64,000 nt of DNA, from the NCBI GenBank assembly GCA_964016885.1, contig CAXHJY010000228.1:30001-94000 (forward strand). The letters run 5' to 3'. Below are positions 1-15,573 of the stretch, in pieces. Every line of letters starts with the position of its first letter. Positions within the stretch are counted from its first letter, which is position 1. Position numbers and translations under genes: made by a program. This DNA comes from Eledone cirrhosa. Its lineage: Eukaryota. The notes under the pieces are model-generated. The model made no database searches. It was not told where the DNA came from and was given only the letters and a program-made list of their open reading frames with translations.

Positions 1-454
1 AGTCGTTGTGGAGTAGGAAAATGAAATATAATTACTTGTTTGCGCATTTACAGACAGACATTATAGCTAATAATGCAAAAGCGTTTTCTTCAAACGTTTG
101 CAGTAAAGTACTTCTATCTTTTGATGCTGTCTATCTGTGTTGTATTTTTAAATATATTTGAATACTAACAGTGTATTGTTGCCGACATTGCAGTAATGTG
201 AGTTGACGACAGATTAAAAAGTATCCTCAACATTTTAAATGTGTTTTCCTACCTAGAGAGAGCTGAGCTCCGCCATGTTTAAATGGCCAAGACACGCCGT
301 GTACCAAGATGGCGTCCTTTACCTAACTTCTATAACACACTAGGAATTAAAGAGAGCTACGATAAAAAAGAACAATCTACATGAAATGAATAATACGAAA
401 AGGGAGAATATGGAAAGTATTGATATAAAGAAATTGCTATATTACCTGAACGAT

Positions 455-910
455 ATGTATGTTCTTCTGGTTTTATAATTTTACAGTAGAGAGAGATAGT
501 CGGTTTCTAACATAGACATAAGTTGGTTTCTAGCATAAACATCAACTAGGTAGATATATATGTCTGCATGTCTGCATGCATGTGTGTACAGGTATGGATG
601 TTATTGTATGTGTGGATGTGGATGTTTTGAGCTGTATGTGTACATGTGTATATGCTGTGTATCTGAACATGTGTATATGTAGTTATTAGATGCAGAATTT
701 TTGCAATGTTTTACATATTTTTACTGTTCCATTAATGGATTGTACTTGTAATTTCCTAACTAGTTGTGTTCTTTCTGTTTCTCTGAAGCCCAGCTTCTCA
801 AGATTTGTATTGAGGCAGTAACTAACATATCCCAGTGCCCCAATAATCACAAGTATAAATCTGAAGGTGGAGTACCTGCAGTTTTCTCATTAACATACCC
901 AGTGCCCCAA
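455..910 (-). mobile_element. 3' fragment of R4/Dong-like (RLE-type) non-LTR retrotransposon next to (TATG)n
   Basis: Minus strand reads approx. VIIGALGYVSYCLNTNLEKLGFRETERTQLVRKLQVQSINGTVK, similar to the fragment at 41392-41687; tail ends AGAAGAACATACAT. Confidence 0.55.
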
Positions 911-1102
911 TATATGTATGTATGTATGTATGTTTGCATGTATGTATGTATACATGCATGTATGTATGTTTCTATGCATGTATTTATGTTTGTATACATG
1001 TATGTATGTTTGTATGTTTATATGTATATACGTATGTTTTGGCACTATTGACAAAGTGGACGAAAATTGAATATAATTATAAAAAAAAAGAACATAACCT
1101 CT

Positions 1103-1164
<62 letters not shown>

Positions 1165-1171
<7 letters not shown>

Positions 1172-1482
1172 TGTAATAAACAACATAAGGCAATTATTTC
1201 ATTTACCAGTGGTTTCTTAAAAGCAAAAAATCTTGCTTTCAATCATCAGAATGAAAAAATCCTGGCGTATTTATTGACGTTGGACCAACGTCAATAAATA
1301 CGCCAGGATTTTTTCATTCTGATGATTGAAAGCAACATTTTTTTGCTTTTAAGAAACCACTGGTAAATGAAATAATTGCCTTATGTTGTTTATTACATAA
1401 CTATTAAGCTTATTACATAACTATTAAGCTCTGTTACCTACATAGAGCACTCTTTTTTCCTGGACTTTTCCGGCGGAATTAC

Positions 1483-1486
<4 letters not shown>
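1165..1486 (+). mobile_element. Fold-back PLE-like terminal fragment between (TA)n tracts
   Basis: ~119-bp inverted arms 1165-1283/1285-1404 with a 1-nt spacer; 20-bp tandem duplication 1391-1430; CATAGAGCAC motif at 1441. Confidence 0.65.
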
Positions 1487-1535
<49 letters not shown>

Positions 1536-2464
1536 CTTCAGCCAGTCATGACAGATTATAAGATTATTTTTGCTATTTGTGAACACCTAAGAAACTCGAC
1601 ATGTCACGAAGTAATAAGGAAGCTGTAATGTAAATTTCAGCTAAATAATAAACAAATAAATATTATGCTTATAAAGAATCTGCCATATTAACTTGTGGTT
1701 GATTTAAATATAATTTAATTTCACTGATGACACAAGGATGGGAAACATTAGTATATAATTCCTTGCGTCAATACTCATATTATAATATATAGATACTTCT
1801 ATATACGAATATTGGAACTTAAGCAAGATTTTTCACTACTTTTGTTTTGTTTTTTTTTCTTTATATTTTTCTGTACATTTTTGTAGAAACGTGTATTAGA
1901 GGAATAAAATGCATTAATGTTTCATCTTTATTTGTGCATTATATATATATATATATATATATAAATATATATATATATATTGGGTACAATCGAATTGTTT
2001 GAGGCAGTCACAAAGCACTCAATGGTGTGAAAAGTGAATACGTTTTCACCTAGAGTAAACCCAAGAATAAACCGACCAAAAGCATGTTGCTATAGTAATA
2101 CAACAAACAGGCCGGACATTATCCTGGACCATCGCGAAAGGACATGAATCGATAGAAATCGATTCAAATCTTCGATAGGTTTCTGGGAATTCGGGAAGAT
2201 ACATCATGGGTTGCATAAAGTATATGTAAGCCATAGATGCATATATTGATGCAACAGGAATATCCCTTCGTCGGCAGATTTTCATTCCGGAATATCCGAC
2301 TTGGTCCGGTCGCTAGAAGACATTATGGCAGTCTACTTAGTAGTAAATTCGCCAGTGTCGTCCCATGACTTTTCTCAAAAAGTGGACGATCAAATAAAAT
2401 ATATATATATATACTCATATAAATTCGTTCGTTTTCTCCATATTTGTTATCAATATTTCTAACA

Positions 2465-2930
2465 AAACAGTCAATAATATATTTTCTTTCATTGTTCACG
2501 ACTTTTTGCCAACGTTCCACTAGCTTGTCAATGTCTCAAAGGTAGAAATTATTGAGCCTTTACTCGAAAAATTCGTAAAGCCACATTTCAGCTTCACGTC
2601 GTTGTTGAATGAAACTCTTAGCAGGCTGTTGGTGAGCGACCGGAAAAGGTGATAATTTGAAAGCGAAATATCAGGAGAAAACAATGAGTACTGTAGAATT
2701 TCCCAACCGTGTTCTTGAATAGCCATTTTATTAAATTTCCGACGTAAGTGCAAGCGTTGTTGTGTTGAAGAAGCACAATATATCCCGGTCTGTTTGTTTC
2801 AAGTGGATTGCCTTGTTGAGATGGTACATTTACTGAACGTAAAGCTCTGCATTGACTGTGTGATTGTTTTCAAGCATATAAAACATTGGGTTGGGGAAGC
2901 GAACGAATTTATTTATCTGACATCTCAATA
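2465..2930 (-). pseudogene. Decayed mariner transposase C-terminal fragment
   Basis: HGWEILQYSLFSPDISLSNYHLFRSL resembles YSPDLAPSDYHLF; ERWQKVVNN.. resembles the mariner C-terminus. Confidence 0.75.
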
Positions 2931-2956
2931 TTATATTAATATATATATATATATAA

Positions 2957-2989
<33 letters not shown>

Positions 2990-2990
<1 letters not shown>

Positions 2991-3072
2991 CCACCACCCC
3001 GCACTCTCAAAAGCGTGAACCTAATAAACTCTTATTTGTACTGCCTCTCTGTTTTTGTTCCCGTCTAAGTTT

Positions 3073-3080
<8 letters not shown>
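2990..3080 (+). mobile_element. Short PLE-like 3' end between (TA)n tracts
   Basis: CACTCTCAA..GCGTGAA..CTAATAA..GTACTGCCTC shared with 29600-29700, which follows a hammerhead-like motif. Confidence 0.5.
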
Positions 3081-3129
<49 letters not shown>

Positions 3130-3706
3130 TACACATATCAACATAAATAAGGACACTAAACGCATACCTACAAAATCCATACAGGAATACATACATATGG
3201 TCAGGCAGCGGTAGATATATCTAGACATCTTTTTCTGTCAGCTGGTTAATAGATAAAGAGGCTAATGTTTCGAGACATTTAAGAAGAAAGCGATTTCTCA
3301 ACATCTGACAATTTATGTTGTCCACATTGAAAACAAATAAGCTGTTGGACCTCGAAGCTAAGTCAAATACTCATTCTAGTTTATCCCCAGGCGGCCATCT
3401 TTTCAGGCGAGGTAATAAATATGAAAATCATAGTTTGAGTCGGCTATAAAATATGACAGCAGAAATTCCAAGCTATTCTGTCACATTAACGAATAAAATA
3501 CCAACATTTAATGGCTAGTTACCTCTTGCGTGTCGAATGGGAAACTAAATGAAGTTCGTATTTTTTGTTGACTTCTTTGATTTTATGTTGTTGTTGTTAT
3601 TCTTTTTTTTGTTTTGTTTTTATTTATTTATTTACCACACCCTATATTGTTTCTCTCGACATACCGCGAATGAAAAGCTCCCCTTTCCACTATTTTCTAC
3701 CTCCTC

Positions 3707-3710
<4 letters not shown>

Positions 3711-3751
<41 letters not shown>

Positions 3752-3827
3752 ACTCTTTCTCTCTCTCCCTCTCTCTCTCCCTCTCTCTCTCCCTCTCTCT
3801 CTCTCCTTTTCTCTCTCTCTCTCTCCT

Positions 3828-3867
<40 letters not shown>

Positions 3868-3880
3868 GATATATATATAT

Positions 3881-3916
<36 letters not shown>

Positions 3917-3945
3917 CTCTCTCTCTATCTATCTATCTATCTATA

Positions 3946-4020
<75 letters not shown>
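3711..4020. repeat. (CT)n/(TA)n/(CTAT)n compound microsatellite
   Basis: Directly visible. Confidence 0.95.
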
Positions 4021-4021
<1 letters not shown>

Positions 4022-4433
4022 TAGTGAACGCACTCACGCAGACGACTGACTTTTGCACTGGTGTAACCAGAAAATATATTCACCCCATTAACAAACAAAT
4101 CGGTTGCATTTATCATCGGGTAATACGATATTGAATTTTATTGCGTTCCTAGTTGAAATGGGAAGTAACGGTGACACGGTGATAGAGATAAAATTTATTT
4201 TAAAATCGATGTCTTTGAAATAGACAATCATAATGGACAAAAAGCAAGAAAGTGTGTATTGATTGAAACGACGGGCGGTTTGAGACTTATTGCGCGTGTG
4301 TGTGAAATAGATGGAATTAAAGTTAAATAGTTATTCCAATATGTCAACAAAGAGAGCAATGAAAATTATTAAGAATTAATAAAGTATAAAATCTTCTTTA
4401 AAAAAGCGACATATATACATATTATAAAGAAGA

Positions 4434-4624
4434 TTGGCTGTGGGTTGGCTGTATCGGTAGAGGGTAGGACGCCATGCTTTGCAACATAGAGTTACGGCCC
4501 TTTACGACCTGAGTTCAAATCCCACCGAGGTTAACTTTGCCTTTCATCCTTATGGGGTCGATAAAATAAAGCACCAGTAATGCACTGGGGGTATTTGCTG
4601 GCCTTGTGCCAAAAATAGAAACAA
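4434..4624 (+). mobile_element. tRNA-derived SINE with Deu/Nin-like central domain
   Basis: B-box-like GAGTTCAAATCC then CCGAGGTTAACTTTGCCTTTCATCCTTATGGGGTCGATAAAATAAAG; about 12 copies in window. Confidence 0.8.
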
Positions 4625-6576
4625 CTATAAAGAAGAGAAAATATATGCAATCTTTGTTGGTGTTAATGTTGTTGATGTTTTTGTTGTATAGTCCTGGGTT
4701 TGTCTTGATCGAGCAAAACTACCTGACCATCCAGTATTTAGGCATATTATATCTAGGAATATATTAGGTGTAATTTGACTGCCATTTCCAGTAGGTCAGG
4801 TGATTATGTAGAGACGCTGCTCATTGGCTCATTTTGATTTTATTGTCTTGTTTTCTGAAAAGAAAAGGAAGAATCAAAGAACGATATTGTGGCCAATATG
4901 ATCATATTTATGATGTGTGTTCATTCTATTTGAAATATATTTACAAACTCTCTCTGTTTATTTCACAACTTAGACCAATAGTTTTAAGAATATAAACCCG
5001 TTTTGCTACGCACAATGATTTAATGTTCATAATGTGTAAATTTATTAGTATTTTATTGACGACTGTCTAAGTAAACCAATATACAAATTAGTTCAACATG
5101 AATGAATTAAGGAGATTTTTAGATGACTTACCATATATTTTATTAAATACAATGTGTTCCAATTAATTTTGAAAATAACCAAACGTTTGGAGGAATTTAA
5201 TAAAATAACTAAGATTTTCATTAGTAAGCTGATATTTAGAATATTGCTTAAAACTTTCGAAAACAAAATTATGATGAAAGGTTTTAAAATATAGATAAAT
5301 ATTTTCAAATTAGCAGTTTTTGTGTCATACAAACTGTGGTAGTTTGGTATCAAAAGAGATAAGCTGTTTCCGCTGCGTTCGATATTAGCACAGTTCTCAT
5401 GCTTCTGAAGTTTAATTCCATTGAAAGTCTGCATATGTTTTAAATGTATAAATATACTTCGTGACACGATATTTTCAACGTTTTACGGTGTCTTGTGTGT
5501 TGGTAATTTCAAAACAAAATTTAGAAAAATAAATTATAAAAATATATCATATGAATTGCTCGGATGACATTGAAGGAATTGAAAACTTTCGATAATGCTT
5601 GTACTCGAAGGCTGCTGAGAAAACAAAACATGGTTAACAGAAGGTAATTTCTTTAACTGTACAAAGTAAGGATCTTCTTGCGTCTGACTTGGTCTCATGT
5701 TGTCGTTCACCTGATTGAGATCATAGATTAGAAATCAGTTTCTAGGATCCATAATGAGGATACCTGGGCCCCCAAAATGATGATTAATTTTTACTAAAAG
5801 TTTTTCGACACTTTATCGTCTGTCACTACCATTAAATGATGAGAAGCCGTTAACAGAAGTTTAAGGATAGTTTAGATCAGTTTCCACCGGTCATTTTCGT
5901 TGCTTCCTCCTAAGAAATCTTGACTTTTAATCAGTGGCCACTATAAATTCTATTGTAGTAGTCAACGGAAACCACACGAATGAGACGATGTAAGGTTGTC
6001 ACGATTGTCAATGCACAGCTATACCTCGTTCGTCCGCTCGGTCTCACCAACGGACGGAACCCCAGACATATGCTGCCCCATAGGTCCCCTATACGAAATG
6101 CAGAAAGCGTTATCCAAGTGGATAGCGAGAGAAACGCTTTGAAAGATCCACACTAACTTTCAGGACTCACTCCTGAAACTGGCCAGTTCCGCCCCGATAG
6201 CAGCATATAGGGAGGTTGGGTTTTTTTAATACTTTACATGACCCCCATAAAAGGCAACGAATGGGCTAAGTAGTTAGAACGTCAAATAGAGGGCACTGCG
6301 GGATTCGTTCCAGCTCTCTGGGCACTAAGTTTGAAGTTCACCAAGGTGAATTTTGCCTTTAATCCTTTCAAAAAGTCCCAGTCCTATTATATGGTGCCTC
6401 CCTCCTTCAAAACATAAACCTCCGTAGATCATTTCTTAAAATCAAAACGTTAAATGGAGGTGTAAATAAACTACGATAAAAGGTGGAAGTGCTGACTATC
6501 CTTCATCACTAATGTATGAGAAGATTATAAGAAGATTCCTACAAAGACAGACAGACGGTGGCATAATGCTGTAGAT

Positions 6577-6761
6577 CAGTCATGTCAAACTGAGGGTCCA
6601 ACGAGGGCCACATGGGCCACATATGTGTTGTCTGAGGGCCACACATGATAACTAATTGCGCACATTACAACAAATTTTACGAAGATAAAACATGCTCGCG
6701 CTTAAAAACTTTGTGTGGGCCGCAGGTGTGCTTGTAAAGGGCTGTATGTTTGAGATGCCTG
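6577..6761. mobile_element. hAT (Charlie-like) MITE
   Basis: Imperfect TIRs CAGTCATGTCAAAC / GTTTGAGATGCCTG; 8-bp flanks CTGTAGAT / GTGTAGAT. Confidence 0.7.
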
Positions 6762-7395
6762 GTGTAGATATAGCTTCTCATATTTTGCAAAGTATTAGTG
6801 TACTTCATCGGAAAGATGAAGATATCCCATGTGGCTGCAAGTTTCATCTTTCAAGTCTTCAGATTTTGGAATATCTAGCTGTATTTTTTTTTTTTTTTCG
6901 AAAACTATGGTTCGTTTCTCCAGAGAATATACTAAGTGATTGTGAAAGAGAGTTTGTAATAGACTGGCATTCGAGAGTTGTTGGTGTACTGCTGATGGTA
7001 AGGACTTCGGTAGGAGAGGGGTGGTTAGTTAACTGAGTCACTCTCCAGACTCTTATGTGTGGGGTGTGGTGTGGTGGTGGTGCGGGGCGTATGCAGGTGT
7101 TTTTGTTAAAATCACCCACCCTATCAACACTTATTTGACAAACACCTGCATACATCCATACCCATCGCACAAATACAGGCGCGCTTACACATATACATAC
7201 ATATATACACCCCAAACTAGCCTTTAAAATGTGCACCACCTCTACTTTCCCCTAACCCTAAAGCCCCTCAATCTCATCCAATTATTAAGTACCATAATTA
7301 TCAGACTTGCAATATTCTTCAGAGACACTTGACTTTATACAAATAGCTAGAAGCTAACACTTTCACGTACATGTCCACCACACACACGCACACAA

Positions 7396-8235
<840 letters not shown>

Positions 8236-8311
8236 TACTCTTTTACTCTTTTACCTGTTTCAGCCATCCGGCTGAGGCCATGCTGGGGCACCGCCCTTGT
8301 TGCTACACATT

Positions 8312-10009
8312 TTATCTCCAGCCTGTATAGGTTGGCCACTGGTGTAGGAGGGAGTTTGTTGCTGCTGCCCTTAGGTTTCCCTCGTGTCTTGCTGTGGGCT
8401 CATCCGGGATCCTGGATAACAAGGTGTCGAGATGTTTCTTAAAGACATCCACCTCCACGTCATGCAAGTCTCGCAGATGCCTCGGCAGCCTGTTGAAGAG
8501 TTGAGGGCCCTTGAATCCCAGGCTATTGCAATACCTGCTCCTTATTCTAGATGTGGAAGACGGGACCTTTGGCACCACACAGTGACGTCCTGTTCGACGG
8601 TTGGTCCAGCTCCCAATGCCAAAGTTTGGTGCTAGTCCCTCCAGGATTTTCCACATGTAGATCACTGCGTATCTCTCCCGTCTTCGCTCCAAGGAGTAGA
8701 GGTTCAGTTCCTTCAGCCTCTCCCAGTAGCTTGTCTCCCTCATCTTGGCAATCCTCTTGGTGTAGCTTCGCTGGATTGCCTCAAGCTCTGTGGTTAGTTT
8801 GACACTATGGGGTGACCACAGCTGGGAACAGTAGTCCAGGCGGCTTAGGACAAAAGTCCTCCACAGTGTCAACATGGTGTCTCGATCTCTTGTAAGGAAA
8901 GTCCTCAAGATCCAGCCAGCGAATCGTCTACATGCTGTCGCCACCTTCATGATGTGTGAAGAAAAAGATGCATCATCGCTCATGTCTATGCCCAGGTCTC
9001 GTATCGATTTTGACACGGGGATATCGGTCCCTCCTGGTCCTGTGTAGCTGTGTTCCGCTATATTTGTGTTTGTGTTTGCAGGTTTGTATTGTAGGGCTTG
9101 GAATTTGCCAGCATTAAACTGCATGTTGTTTTCTTCCGCCCATCTGTATATGGCATCCAGATCCTGCTGTAAGAGGGCAGCGTCAGCCGGGTTTTTGATT
9201 GCCTGTGCTACCTTAGTGTCATCAGCATAGCTAGTGAGGGATGTTGTTGCATGCACCACAGAGGGCATGTCCGAGAGAGCCACCAAAAACAGTAGTGGTC
9301 CCAGGACTGTCCCCTGAGGCACCCCACTTGTTATCGGTGTTTCCCTCGAGAGGGCCCCATTTGCTGCGACTGCCTGGCTTCTGTCCCTTAGGAAGCCATG
9401 CAGCCACTCACCTACTTTTCCAGTTATGCCGAGTCCGTGTAGTTTGTGACATATCATTCCGTGGTCGACCTTGTCAAAGGCCTTCGCAAAGTCAAGATAT
9501 ATCACGTCTACATGTGAGCTGTCTAGTAGTTGTCTCAGTACCCAGTCGTAGTGATGTAGCAGCTGTGTAAGGCAGCTTCTTCCTGGGCGGAAGCCATGTT
9601 GCGTGCTAGTCAGGCGGTCATTTTCTTCGAGGAAAGTGATTAGTTTCTTTCTGACGACTCGCTCCATGACCTTACTGATATGCGACGTCAGGGAGACTGG
9701 CCTATAGTTCTTGGCCTCCGCTCTACTACCTCCTTTATGGATAGGGCATATTGTGCCTTCTTTCAGCTCCCTGGGTAGTACACCGCTAGCCAAGGAGCTT
9801 CTGAAGAGCATCTTCAGTGGAGTTGCTAAGGCCCGCTTACATATTTTTAGAACTGCTGGGAATCCATCAGGTCCAGCAGCCGAGTCTGTTCTAATTTCAT
9901 CAATGGCGTACACCACATCCTCCTCCGTTATGTCTATGTGGTTGATGGTTGCCATTTCTTGATGTAGTGTTGTGGCATCAAAGAACTCCTCTGGCTTCGT
10001 TATTTGCAT
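8312..10009 (-). CDS. LINE ORF2 reverse transcriptase part (565 aa open frame)
   Basis: [51 protein letters not shown]. Confidence 0.9.
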   Translation of the reverse strand: MQITKPEEFFDATTLHQEMATINHIDITEEDVVYAIDEIRTDSAAGPDGFPAVLKICKRALATPLKMLFRSSLASGVLPRELKEGTICPIHKGGSRAEAKNYRPVSLTSHISKVMERVVRKKLITFLEENDRLTSTQHGFRPGRSCLTQLLHHYDWVLRQLLDSSHVDVIYLDFAKAFDKVDHGMICHKLHGLGITGKVGEWLHGFLRDRSQAVAANGALSRETPITSGVPQGTVLGPLLFLVALSDMPSVVHATTSLTSYADDTKVAQAIKNPADAALLQQDLDAIYRWAEENNMQFNAGKFQALQYKPANTNTNIAEHSYTGPGGTDIPVSKSIRDLGIDMSDDASFSSHIMKVATACRRFAGWILRTFLTRDRDTMLTLWRTFVLSRLDYCSQLWSPHSVKLTTELEAIQRSYTKRIAKMRETSYWERLKELNLYSLERRRERYAVIYMWKILEGLAPNFGIGSWTNRRTGRHCVVPKVPSSTSRIRSRYCNSLGFKGPQLFNRLPRHLRDLHDVEVDVFKKHLDTLLSRIPDEPTARHEGNLRAAATNSLLHQWPTYTGWR

Positions 10010-11300
10010 GTGCCTTCAGTGGACATGTGAAGACACTTTTGTACTGTTCGTTCAGTATTTCACATATCTCTTGGGGATTTTCGGTTAATGAACCGTCCGT
10101 GTGGAAGAGTGGTCCAATCTTGCAGTGTACTGAGGCAGTTTCTTTTGCAAATTTAAAGAAGGCCTTAGGGTTTGTTTTAATGTTTTCTATGGCCCTGTTC
10201 TCTTTCCTTGCCCTCTCATTCTCATGTGAAAGCTTGAGTGCAATCTCGGTGTCAAGTAGTGCACGTTTCAAATAGGATTCCTTCTTGTTTTGGTTTTGTT
10301 GACTATTCAACTGGTTTGAGAGTTTAGTTCTACGTCTCATAAGGATTTTCCTATCTCTGGGAATAAGATTTTTGTGTCTGTTTGCCTCTTTCTCCGGGAC
10401 ACACTTTTTGCATATGGTGTGTATCGTTGTCATGAAGTGTTGAAATTGTGTGTTAGTGTCTTGTGTGGCGATGTTTGCACTCCATGTTTGCTTCCGGATT
10501 TCACTCTTAATCTTCTTCCAGTCAGCCCCGTAGAAGTTAAGGCTGGATAGCGTCCCGGAGCTTCTTGGTGGTTTTGTCTCTGTTGGTTCTCTTGGACCAC
10601 ATATCATTAGCTCTACCAAGTTATGATCCGAGAGAATTGTTGGTGTCACCTTTACATTGTGGATGAGCACTTCGTTGTTTGTAAAACAGAGGTCCAGGAC
10701 ATTTTCGCCTCTTGTTGGGAGGAGTATTGCTTGCTCCATGAACAGCCTGTGTGTGAGGGCCAGCAGGGATTCCGTCTGTCTCTGTTCTATTGACGTCATT
10801 CCAGGGAGAAGGTGGCCCTCAGGCCATTTGACCTTTGGTAGGTTGAAGTCTCCCAGCAGTAGGATGTTGAGACCCTGGTCCAGTTTGTCAAGGACCTCTT
10901 CTATCCTACTTAGGCTATCCTCAAATTTACCCTCATGACTGGGGGCATCGGGCGGCCGATATGTGACACATATTACCGTCTGTAGTTGCTTCATATGTAT
11001 TATCAGTGTGTCACAGACTGAGTTTGAATGTGTCAACAGTACAATTGGTGTGACATCTTCACGGATATACAGAGCAACCCCACCATGAGTTCTCTCCTTC
11101 CTGTCCGAACGAAATACAGTATATTTCGGTATATGTATTTCTGCATCTGCTATACTGCTTGTCAGGTGCGTTTCGGTTAGTGCCATGCATAATGCTTGAT
11201 TGCTTATGGCTAAGATGGCTAAGTCTCCCAGGTAGGAAATTTTACTCATGTTGCTGAGTTTCACCAGGCCCCTGACATTCAGCAGCAGCAGCACTGGTGT
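9978..11300 (-). pseudogene. LINE ORF2 N-terminal part (APE endonuclease), frameshifted from RT near 10010
   Basis: [37 protein letters not shown] motifs. Confidence 0.88.
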
Positions 11301-11405
11301 GACTTTTGGGGTGCCAGTAATGGCTGTCGGTATGACACCTGGTCTGGTGTCAGCGGCGGCCACTCTGGGTCCCTTAACTGCGGTGGTCTCGAGTGCTGGT
11401 GTGGA

Positions 11406-12972
<1,567 letters not shown>

Positions 12973-12981
12973 GGGGTGGTG

Positions 12982-13053
<72 letters not shown>

Positions 13054-13213
13054 TATATCCGTATAAATACAGTGTAACCGTATGCAAAAGATAGGAATAT
13101 AATGTATATATGATTGTAATGGTTGGCTGAACACAGACGTGCTTTTTTCCGTTCCTAACTCATCCCAATTTCTGTCTTTCTATTTCATCTTTTATTTATC
13201 ATTCTACATTCTA

Positions 13214-13249
13214 TCTTCTGATGAAGGACCAGTGTCCGAAACGTAAAGA
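13214..13249 (+). ncRNA. Minimal type I hammerhead ribozyme
   Basis: tctt-CTGATGA-a-ggac(cagt)gtcc-GAAA-cg-TA-aaga; stems I and II pair; palindromic ACGT at stem III. Confidence 0.85.
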
Positions 13250-13297
13250 CTCTTTTCGTACTATATCAAGTATTAATGTTGTTTCTGTTTACGTTTT

Positions 13298-13385
<88 letters not shown>

Positions 13386-13400
13386 TATGTATATGTATAT

Positions 13401-13740
13401 AGAAAAAGAGATGAAATCGAAAATGCAACTGGAGTCTTATTTTTTTTTTAAATATATATATTTATTTGGTTCCTTTACCGGTTTCGCAGTTCTTCTGCTT
13501 TTCAAAAGGTGAGTTGAGATGGAGGGTCTGTGGTTTTTCTCACATTCTCAACTCACCTTTTGAAAAGCAGAAGAACTGCGAAACCGGTAAAGGAACCAAA
13601 TAAATATATATATTTTTTTTTAAAATAAGACTCCAGTTGCATTTTCGATTTCATCTCTTTTTCTTTATACTTTCACTCGTGTAGGACACCTCGGTTATTT
13701 TTCATTTTGTAAAAAAAAAAAAAAAAAAACTCACTTTCTA
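13401..13740 (+). mobile_element. Fold-back PLE-like terminal fragment with a hammerhead in both arms
   Basis: Arms 13401-13519 / 13546-13664; TA-rich flanks. Confidence 0.75.
13556..13593 (+). ncRNA. Minimal hammerhead, U3:A8 core variant (mirror copy 13472-13509, -)
   Basis: cctt-TTGAAAA-gcag(aagaa)ctgc-GAAA-ccgg-TA-aagg. Confidence 0.75.
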
Positions 13741-13883
13741 ATATATGTATATATATATATATGTATATATATATATGAGGAAGTCAACATTTTTAACGAC
13801 TGACACCGATCCTAACTTTAGAAAAAAGATTTTTGTTTTTCCATAATAAAATTCTATTAGCATTTTCTGCTGTTTCTTATTTT

Positions 13884-13926
<43 letters not shown>

Positions 13927-13979
13927 CCAGAATTAGCCGTCGAAACGGCTTGAGCTCAGCCGTCGGGGTCCTACTCGTT

Positions 13980-14044
<65 letters not shown>

Positions 14045-14122
14045 AAAATAAGAAACACCAGAAAATGCTAATATAAAAATACACACATGTGCGTGTGTGA
14101 GTGGGAGTGTGGTGTGTGCTTC

Positions 14123-14177
<55 letters not shown>

Positions 14178-14229
14178 TATATATATTTATAATATATATG
14201 TGTATTTATATGTATATGTATTTATAATA

Positions 14230-14260
<31 letters not shown>

Positions 14261-14261
14261 T

Positions 14262-14408
14262 TATAATATTCTCATTCTACAAATTACACAGCCCAAGTGA
14301 AATCAAAGAAAAGAATTTTATTGATAAATTCAAACCCAAGCTAAATGAACAATAATAATGGGGTATCCTACTATGACTATGACTACGACCACTAACAACA
14401 ACAACAAC

Positions 14409-14439
<31 letters not shown>

Positions 14440-14850
14440 GTGATGTTGATGGTGATGATTACTAGAAAATGCTATTTTCATCATTTCTAAAAATAGCAAA
14501 ACAATTGATGCTTTGGATAGGGTCAATTAGTGGTCGTTAGACATGCTCAACCAACCGTGACGCCTAAACCAATCAGCTTTAGTAATCCAGTGAAACTACA
14601 CACCGATTGGTCGAAATACAGTTTGCAAGATTTAGCATTCTGGAGCCATTTTTCACTGTATATAAGGCACAAAATTTACCCATCTCATTACAGTTGAAAA
14701 TTGCAAACTTGACTGTCACCACACAATATGAACCTGAAGATTGCGAAAGCATGAAAGTACTTGTTCAATTAACACTTAACATTTAATATTCTACCATACT
14801 ATTTCATTCTAATACCAATATAATCTTCTATACACAATCATACACACCCG
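14262..14850 (+). mobile_element. Penelope-like element 3' end: GIY-YIG C-terminus plus pLTR with hammerhead
   Basis: ..EIKEKNFIDKFKPKLNEQ* (stop 14355) fits the PLE GIY-YIG end E..FI..FKP.LN; hammerhead at 14729; TA-rich flanks. Confidence 0.75.
14729..14767 (+). ncRNA. Minimal type I hammerhead ribozyme
   Basis: tgaac-CTGAAGA-t-tgc(gaaa)gca-t-GAAA-gtac-TT-gttca. Confidence 0.85.
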
Positions 14851-14864
14851 TGTATATTTATCTA

Positions 14865-14953
<89 letters not shown>

Positions 14954-14960
<7 letters not shown>

Positions 14961-15399
14961 ATACTTGGGCAGGGTCATATTTGTGTAATATTGCCAGAAT
15001 TAACAACAGAACACACTCACTGTTTGGTTGGTTTTCGCTTTTCGCTTCTGTGTCTTTTATATCGGTAATCTAATTTATTCGGTCCTCAATGTTGCCATTG
15101 ACTGACCAACGGTCAAAAATAATACAGATACAATATAGACACAAACACATATATATAGTTTATCAAAGTTCTTTCGTTGCAAATCTGCAACATTGTCAGT
15201 GGTGCTATTGTTTCCTCCCGTTGCATTGTATTTTATTTTATTTTTATTTTTATTTTAATTTTATTTTTAACCAAACAGTGAGTGTGTTCTGTTGTTAATT
15301 CTGGCAATATTACACAAATATGACCCTCCCCAAGTATAACAATATTTGTTTCGACACACGATTTCATATCAAAAACCTCGCAAAACTAATTCGTCGCCG

Positions 15400-15401
<2 letters not shown>
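14954..15401 (+). mobile_element. PLE-like terminal fragment ('MTLPKYNN' family) with 5' inverted arm
   Basis: Arms 14954-15029 / 15279-15354; homologous to 31011-31330 and 33400-33872; antisense hammerhead-like motif 15163-15202. Confidence 0.65.
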
Positions 15402-15438
<37 letters not shown>

Positions 15439-15480
15439 GCAAAACGAAGAATCAGTGATACATCGGAACACAAATTTATT

Positions 15481-15573
15481 ACATATTACAAATGTTTCTC
15501 CAGCAAACAACTCGAGGTGCGATCTGTTTGGGGATCGAACCTGACTCTGGATTCGCAAGTTCCTCAGATACGT
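15481..15573 (-). ncRNA. Hammerhead-like motif with extended stem II
   Basis: acgtat-CTGAGGA-[~60 nt]-GAAA-catttg-TA-atatgt; insert resembles that at 17980-18038. Confidence 0.55.

Larger units (their letters stand above)
8236..11405 (-). mobile_element. 5'-truncated CR1-group (CR1/L2/Crack-like) LINE in TA/CA microsatellite
   Basis: APE endonuclease plus RT; short 3' UTR with stem-loop and (GTAAAAGA)n tail; microsatellite on both sides. Confidence 0.92.

Noticed and set aside
1318-1345. CTGATGAttGAAA inside the palindrome
   Set aside because: No stem II and no closing stem I
1722-1765. CTGATGA..GAAA hammerhead candidate
   Set aside because: Stems I and II pair poorly and a competing hairpin (GACACAAGGA / TCCTTGCGTC) exists
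4434-4530. tRNA gene
   Set aside because: A/B boxes belong to a SINE head; no cloverleaf
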